This document shows positions 55,874 to 61,109 of a DNA stretch of 61,109 nt, one piece after another. A model generated the notes under the pieces. The model was given only the letters and a program-made list of their open reading frames with translations, did no database searches and was not told where the DNA came from. The stretch's first letter is position 1. Every line of letters starts with the position of its first letter. Both the position numbers and the translations under genes were made by a program. Origin of the DNA: a bacterium. Its GTDB lineage: Bacteria > Verrucomicrobiota > Verrucomicrobiia > Chthoniobacterales > JAFAMB01. Where the stretch lies: the NCBI GenBank assembly GCA_046727495.1, contig JBKPCS010000029.1, positions 1-61,109 of the forward strand. The letters run 5' to 3'.

Positions 55874-57958
55874 GTGCCCGGTTTGAAACAAAAAACCTTG
55901 ATCCGTATTTGTTCGCTGCTCGTGTTCCTGTTGGTTCTGGGCTGGGGCGCTTACTATATTTACGAGAAAGGGTTCGGCCGGCGCTGGAGGGGCGTACTCG
56001 AAAAAGAGTTTGGACGCTTCGGTCTGCAGATCAGCGTGCGACGGTTAACACTCGACCCTTTCCGCGGCCTCGTAGCAAAGGATGTTGAAATTTATGACAG
56101 TCAGCTTCGCCAAACTGTGCTCGCTGAAGTCAGCGATCTGCTGCTGGATGTCAACTATGCCAATTTGTTCCAACAAGAACCTGCGTTAAATGCTGTTGAT
56201 CTTCGGGATGCCAAAATTTCGATTCCGATCGACCCTGGTTCAGCGAAATCCGAACGCATTTTGATCACCAGGCTTCACTCGCGCATTTATTTTTTTCCGG
56301 GCCGCATTGAACTGCGCCAGATCACGGGCGATCTCGACCGGATTCAGATCAACGCCTCGGGAACTTTGGTCAATCCTTCTGCCGCACAGATTTCGGTTCC
56401 ATTAGAATCAGAGGCTGACACCCGCGAGAGTGCCACCGAACGATTACTAAACCGGGTCGTTGAAGAGATGAAGCGTGTCCAATATCCGGGAGAGCGACCG
56501 CAACTGAGTTTCACCTTCCAGGTCGATTTGGCAAATCCTGGTTCGGCCCGAATAGAAAGCGGACACCTGGTTGCGGGCAACTTCCTCCGTCTTGGCCATT
56601 CGTTCCGCAATTTGGATGCAGAGTTTTCGCTAGAGAACCAGCGATTGGAACTACGGAAGCTGTTTCTGCGTGATGCTCGCGGCGAATTTTTCGGTACGGG
56701 GACCTGGAACGTGCAGACTGGTGACAAACAATTCCAGCTCCGGAGCAGCCTGAATCTGTCGGACCTCCTGGTGAAAGATCTCCCATGGGCGAAAGATTGG
56801 AGATTCGATGCGCCGCCTCAGATTGAAATGAGCGGGGTATACCAGCCGGGCAACGACTGGCAGCTTATTGGCAGATTGAATTTCGATCAGTTCGCCGTTC
56901 AATCTGTTCCATTCCAGAGCCTGAAAACCGATTTTTCCAAGGTCGGTAACGCATGGATGATCTCGAATGCCGAATTAACGCATCGGACCGGGACGCTGTC
57001 GGGAGAAATGTTGAATCTTCCGGGCGATTTCCGGTTACGAGTTAATTCCGGGCTTAATCCGAGTGATCTTTTGCCTCTTTTTCCAACTCGAGTTCAAAAG
57101 CTGTTTAGCCGTTGGGATTTTTTGGCGCCTCCCGTAGTACAAGCAACAATCAAAGGACGCGCGCCAGAGCTTGGGGCAGTATCCGGATCGGGGCGGATCT
57201 GGCTCGGTCGAACCAAGCTCGGCGGAGCTTTAATGAATTCGGCGTCAGCGGACTTCAAAATCGATCATGAAATGGTGCAGTGTAATCAAGTCTATGCGGC
57301 CCGTGATGAAGGATCTGCCACGGGATCGATCACGTACGATTTCAATGACGATCAAATTACGATTCGCAACCTGCAATCCAATCTGGATCCGGCGTCGCTG
57401 ACGACCTGGATTCATCCTGACCTGAGGAAGATTGCCAAAGCTTTTCATTTCCAAGCATTGCCGAACATTCGTGTGAACGGATCGATCCGACTCAAGACGA
57501 GCGGCTATTCCGCCGGCGCGAAGAATCTCCAGATTCAAATCGATAGCCCAAGGCCGTTCATCTATCAGTTCAAGGGCCTGGAAATACCGTGCGACAGCGG
57601 AAGCGGCGATCTTTCGATCAATGACGGCGCTGAGTTTTCTGCGAACGGCGTCATCAATCTAGCTGGTGCCGGCATCGGAAAACTGCCATTGTTTGACGCA
57701 TTGATCCGCAAGCTTAGTTCAGCCGGTTTTCGGTCACCGGACGCTTTCGGAGTGCAACTAAGGTTTCAGCTTGATTCAGGAACACTCCAGGTCCACACGC
57801 TGGACCTCGCTAATGGGTCGCATGCGATCCGACTGAACGGGTCGGTAGCGGAGTCGGGTGGTTTGGTGGATCTGAACGGCACGTTGGACAACGAGCAACT
57901 CCGGCTCCACTGCACAGGCACGATTCTGGATCCGAACTGGCAGGTTAGTGGTCGATGA
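55874..57958 (+). CDS. AsmA-like/TamB-like envelope protein
   Basis: 694 aa with a GTG start and an N-terminal anchor 'LIRICSLLVFLLVLGWGAYYIY'. Next comes 'RRLTLDPFRGLVAKDVEIYD', typical of AsmA-family N-termini, then a long beta-rich body. Confidence 0.6.
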   Translation: MPGLKQKTLIRICSLLVFLLVLGWGAYYIYEKGFGRRWRGVLEKEFGRFGLQISVRRLTLDPFRGLVAKDVEIYDSQLRQTVLAEVSDLLLDVNYANLFQQEPALNAVDLRDAKISIPIDPGSAKSERILITRLHSRIYFFPGRIELRQITGDLDRIQINASGTLVNPSAAQISVPLESEADTRESATERLLNRVVEEMKRVQYPGERPQLSFTFQVDLANPGSARIESGHLVAGNFLRLGHSFRNLDAEFSLENQRLELRKLFLRDARGEFFGTGTWNVQTGDKQFQLRSSLNLSDLLVKDLPWAKDWRFDAPPQIEMSGVYQPGNDWQLIGRLNFDQFAVQSVPFQSLKTDFSKVGNAWMISNAELTHRTGTLSGEMLNLPGDFRLRVNSGLNPSDLLPLFPTRVQKLFSRWDFLAPPVVQATIKGRAPELGAVSGSGRIWLGRTKLGGALMNSASADFKIDHEMVQCNQVYAARDEGSATGSITYDFNDDQITIRNLQSNLDPASLTTWIHPDLRKIAKAFHFQALPNIRVNGSIRLKTSGYSAGAKNLQIQIDSPRPFIYQFKGLEIPCDSGSGDLSINDGAEFSANGVINLAGAGIGKLPLFDALIRKLSSAGFRSPDAFGVQLRFQLDSGTLQVHTLDLANGSHAIRLNGSVAESGGLVDLNGTLDNEQLRLHCTGTILDPNWQVSGR

Positions 57959-58062
57959 GTCAGAGGGGAACGGGCGCAGCGAAGGTGCGAAGCCGCAATT
58001 GCCGACGGCGAAGCGCTAGGATCCCGTCCCCCGAATTGCACCAATCAGGTTCACCGCTCGGC

Positions 58063-58806
58063 TTAGCGCCCGTGCGATGCTTGTGATTTGACGGGAGTTT
58101 CTTGGACGTATGCAGCAAACTGACGCTCAAGTGCCTTGACGGCACTGTTGCGCCAGCCTTCTGCGATTGCCCCCGACATCGGATCGGGGAAGATATCCTC
58201 GTCTCCTCGCTCCACTCCGTCGAGAATTGCCCGCGCAGTGGACTCCGCAGAAGCCTTCGGAATGTCCAGATCTCGCGTCATTTCTGTGTCTATGGGGCCT
58301 GGCAGGACGATATGGACGCTCACGCCCCGTCCGGCCAAAAGAGCCCGCAACGATTGCGAGAGCGAGAACGCGGCAGCCTTTGAGATCGAGTAGAGGGAGT
58401 CAAATGGTACGGCCGCCAGCGACGCCAAAGACAGAACGTTGACGATGGCGCTTCGGGAGCGAGTCAGTACCGGCAGGAAAGCCTGGGTCACGTCATATGT
58501 GCCAAAGAGATTGACTGCGAGGAGCCGTTCGAGGGCGGTGCGATCGCTCAGGTCGTTTTGGAACGAAATACCGGCATTGTTGATGAGGATATCGAGAGCG
58601 TCGACTTTCTCGACGGCCGCACGAATCTGCGCGGAACTCGTCACGTCCAGTGTCAGCGGCGTGACGCGCTTATTAGCGTGGGCAAAGGACTGGCGCACCC
58701 CGGCATAGAGCCGTTTCGCGTCTCTCCTCAAGGCCTCCTCGACCAGCGCTTTTCCGAGGCCGCGATTGGCTCCAGTCACGAGAACTGTTGAATTTGCGAT
58801 CTTCAT
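58063..58806 (-). CDS. SDR-family oxidoreductase
   Basis: 'VLVTGANRGLGKALVEEAL', 'NNAGI' and 'YSISKAA'. Confidence 0.85.
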   Translation of the reverse strand: MKIANSTVLVTGANRGLGKALVEEALRRDAKRLYAGVRQSFAHANKRVTPLTLDVTSSAQIRAAVEKVDALDILINNAGISFQNDLSDRTALERLLAVNLFGTYDVTQAFLPVLTRSRSAIVNVLSLASLAAVPFDSLYSISKAAAFSLSQSLRALLAGRGVSVHIVLPGPIDTEMTRDLDIPKASAESTARAILDGVERGDEDIFPDPMSGAIAEGWRNSAVKALERQFAAYVQETPVKSQASHGR

Positions 58807-59036
58807 TGTCGTCTCCTAATGCTTTTCGTCGGACACCGTGCGTGAGAGTTGCGTCTTACGTTTGAGCCACGACCACTCTTCGCGTGTCCCGGTGATGTGT
58901 TTTGTCATTTGTTCTTCGTTCCTTTGGTATGCTTTGTCGTTCGTTGAGTTCTCCAATACAGGTGCTGGTTTTCGATCATGAGATAAACTAGAACCGGCCA
59001 TTGAAAGGTGGGAGTGACAAGTATGACGGGATTCAG

Positions 59037-60257
59037 ATGGACTCGTTAATCAGGGAGGCGGCACGTGCGCTCGCAGCTGGCGATTCCCTCGGCACACTGA
59101 ACCGGGTCGCCCTGCGCGACGACGCGCCAGCGCTCGCGCTTCGAGGTATTGCGATGGCGCGGCTCGGCGATCTGGTTCGAGCGAAGACTCTCTTACAAAG
59201 AGCGGCGCGTGCTTTCGGCCCGAAAGAGGCTGTAGCCCGCGCGCGGTGTGTTGTTGCCGAGGCTGAGATCGCGCTTGTCTCGCGCGACTTGAGCTGGCCT
59301 GCAAAGGCACTCGACGCTGCGCGAGCGACACTGGAAGAGCACGGCGACCGGGTGAACGCGGCGCACGCGAGGCATCTTGAGGTACGGCGCCTCCTCTTGA
59401 TCGGGTGCCTTAGTGAGGCCGAGCGTTCACTCGCCGAACTTGACCCTGCGCCTTTCCCGCCCGCCTCGAGAGCTGCCCACGAGTTGGTTGTTGCCGGCAT
59501 CGCAATGCGACGTCTCCAGGCGAAAATTGCACGCGGCGCACTCGCTCGGGCAGAGCGGGCCGCGCATCACGCTGGTATCCCCGCCCTGACGGCCGAGGTG
59601 AAAAGCGCATCTCTCGTCCTGAACAAGCCCGTGGCGCGCCTGATTGCGCGGGGCAAGGAGCGGCTCCTCTTGCTTGACGAGGTTGAAGCGTTATTGGCGT
59701 CGAAGGCGCTCATCGTCGACGGTTGCCGACATGTCGTGCGTAGCGGACGCATATTGGTCTCGCTCGCAAGGCGTCCGGTGTTGTTCGCCCTCGCACGCGC
59801 GCTGGGAGAAGCATGGCCCGGCGATGTATCGAGAGGCACGCTCCTCGCTCGCGCGTTCGGAGCGAGGTTCGCCGATCAATCGCATCGTGCGCGGTTGCGC
59901 GTCGAAATCGCGCGGCTTCGCAGAGTGCTTCGGACACTAGGCAGCGTGAGAGCGACGAAGCGAGGCTTTGCCCTAGCGCCGCGCCGCGCGCCAGAGGTCG
60001 TCGTACTGGCGCCGCCCGTGGACGAGGAGCACTCAGCCGTGCTCGCTTTCCTGGCAGACGGCGCGTCGTGGTCGAGCTCGGCGCTGGCGCTTGCGCTCAG
60101 AGCCAGCCAGCGCACCGTGCAGCGAGCTCTTGACTCCCTTGCTGCTGCAGGCAAGGTGCGGTCGTTTGGTCGTGGGCGAGCTTGTCGCTGGATGACCCCG
60201 CCCGTGCCAGGATTCACGACGACTTTGTTACTGCCCCCTCCGTTACCTAGCGACTAG
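59037..60257 (+). CDS. Putative transcriptional regulator (helical N-domain, OmpR/BTAD-like winged helix, C-terminal HTH)
   Basis: 'VSRGTLLARAFGARFADQSHRARLRVEIARLRRVL' resembles trans_reg_C-type wHTH domains. 'SSSALALALRASQRTVQRALDSLAAAGKV' is a DeoR/MarR-like HTH. The gene is Ala/Arg/Leu-rich and visibly GC-rich. Confidence 0.5.
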   Translation: MDSLIREAARALAAGDSLGTLNRVALRDDAPALALRGIAMARLGDLVRAKTLLQRAARAFGPKEAVARARCVVAEAEIALVSRDLSWPAKALDAARATLEEHGDRVNAAHARHLEVRRLLLIGCLSEAERSLAELDPAPFPPASRAAHELVVAGIAMRRLQAKIARGALARAERAAHHAGIPALTAEVKSASLVLNKPVARLIARGKERLLLLDEVEALLASKALIVDGCRHVVRSGRILVSLARRPVLFALARALGEAWPGDVSRGTLLARAFGARFADQSHRARLRVEIARLRRVLRTLGSVRATKRGFALAPRRAPEVVVLAPPVDEEHSAVLAFLADGASWSSSALALALRASQRTVQRALDSLAAAGKVRSFGRGRACRWMTPPVPGFTTTLLLPPPLPSD

Positions 60258-60266
60258 GATGAAAGC

Positions 60267-60929
60267 ATGAATCAATCAGCGGCAGAAATCATCCGTGAGT
60301 TTGGACCCTTTCCGGGTGTCGACAGAGTAAATGGAGTGACCTATGACGGTCAGCAGATCTGGATCGCTGTTGGCGAGAAATTGAATGCTATCGATCCCGC
60401 GAGCGGGAAGACAGTGCGCTCGATTGACGTCTCCGCGCACGCTGGAACAGCTTTCGACGGCCAGCACTTGTTTCAAATCGCTGATGATCGCATCCAGAAG
60501 ATCGATCCGAAATCCGGTCGTGTCATCGCTACGATCCCGCTGCCCGCTGGGGGCGGTTTTTCCGGCCTCGCGTGGGCTGAAGGAACTCTTTGGGTGGGGC
60601 AAGCTGAAAACCGGAAGATCTATCAGATCGATCCTCAAACCGGAGCGATTCTTCGCACCATCGAGTCCAACCGCTTCGTCACCGGCGTTAGTTGGGTGGA
60701 AGGCGAACTGTGGCACGGGACCTGGGAAGGTGACGAGAGCGATTTGAGGCGAGTCGATTCTCGCACGGGAGAGGTGCTGGAGAAGATCGAGATGCCGCCT
60801 GGAATCGGTGTGTCGGGGCTTGAATCCGATGGCGGCGATCAGTTCTTCTGCGGAGGAGGAAGCAGCGGAAAAGTGCGAGTCGTCCGCCGGCCCAGGCGAG
60901 GGTCTGCGGCCGATCCAGGACGGCCTTGA
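60267..60929 (+). CDS. Beta-propeller repeat protein (glutamine cyclotransferase-like, tentative)
   Basis: Four to five repeats of the type 'LWVGQAENRKIYQIDPQTGAILRTI', 'IWIAVGEKLNAIDPASGKTVRSI' and 'LWHGTWEGDESDLRRVDSRTGEVL'. Confidence 0.4.
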   Translation: MNQSAAEIIREFGPFPGVDRVNGVTYDGQQIWIAVGEKLNAIDPASGKTVRSIDVSAHAGTAFDGQHLFQIADDRIQKIDPKSGRVIATIPLPAGGGFSGLAWAEGTLWVGQAENRKIYQIDPQTGAILRTIESNRFVTGVSWVEGELWHGTWEGDESDLRRVDSRTGEVLEKIEMPPGIGVSGLESDGGDQFFCGGGSSGKVRVVRRPRRGSAADPGRP

Positions 60930-61109
60930 GCGCGTCTGCCGCCGGTGAATATTAACAGTCGCCGGTTGAGGCGCACCTTGTACCTTCCTTCCGTTCACAA
61001 TTTATCGTTTTGAATCCGCCCGAAAGGGCGGAACTCTGGAGGCGAAGCACTTGGCCGAGGAAGGTGGTAAACTGCAGCGCACCAAGGTCGGAAGAACCTG
61101 AACTGAAGA

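Noticed and set aside
58816-59001. 61-aa ORF whose last 30 aa ('MTKHITGTREEWSWLKRKTQL...') resemble the N-terminus of DUF899 thioredoxin-like proteins
   Set aside because: It is too short and the similarity is too weak to call either a gene or a pseudogene. It is mentioned only as context for the right-end block.
1-61109. tRNA, rRNA, tmRNA, RNase P and riboswitch genes, and transposase, integrase or phage genes
   Set aside because: I scanned the spacers by eye for cloverleaf-like acceptor/T-arm pairs and for the conserved cores of common riboswitches (SAM, TPP, cobalamin, glycine), and found none. No ORF has DDE, tyrosine-recombinase or reverse-transcriptase motifs. A covariance-model scan (tRNAscan, Infernal) is needed to be certain.

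Overview
This is a 61.1-kb bacterial chromosomal segment. Its gene content (DUF1573, GYF/DUF4339-Yip1 membrane proteins, an AsmA-like protein, few Shine-Dalgarno sites) suggests a PVC-group or Verrucomicrobiota-like soil organism, but that is only a guess. No rRNA, tRNA, CRISPR array, transposase, integrase or phage gene was recognised by eye.

The core content is ordinary metabolism:
- A ten-gene phenylacetate catabolic operon, paaABCDE-paaN-paaF-paaG-paaH-paaI, on the minus strand (5.0-14.1 kb).
- hom-thrC-aspartate kinase, argH, a Nudix hydrolase, tatC, miaB, fmt, an adenylate-kinase-like gene and alr.
- A cbpA-type DnaJ with a MerR-type modulator, a YyaL-type thioredoxin-domain protein, and a DUF1573-rhodanese-MauE/DoxX operon.
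- A small hexuronate-like pair (UxaE-like epimerase plus SDR).

The findings worth a second look:
1. Almost every intergenic spacer, including spacers inside the paa operon, holds arrays of degenerate 6-9-nt 'words'. These recur as dispersed families and often as inverted pairs that predict long hairpins.
2. Three small units are bracketed by direct repeats of about 45 to 140 nt: a GNAT gene, a pair of small membrane-protein ORFs, and an ADP-ribosylglycohydrolase gene.
3. Gene decay is dense, with at least eight frameshifted, truncated or nonsense-interrupted genes. Two of them have a stop codon exactly at a conserved Trp position.
4. A secreted protein shows a FAM20/Four-jointed-like atypical kinase motif pattern and sits next to an NHL propeller.
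5. A GYF-Yip1 gene is tandemly duplicated. Two translationally coupled unknown proteins lie back-to-back with an AsmA-like gene. A visibly GC-richer block sits at the right end.

I see no canonical defence or mobile system. The word-array and cassette architecture is the most unusual signal.
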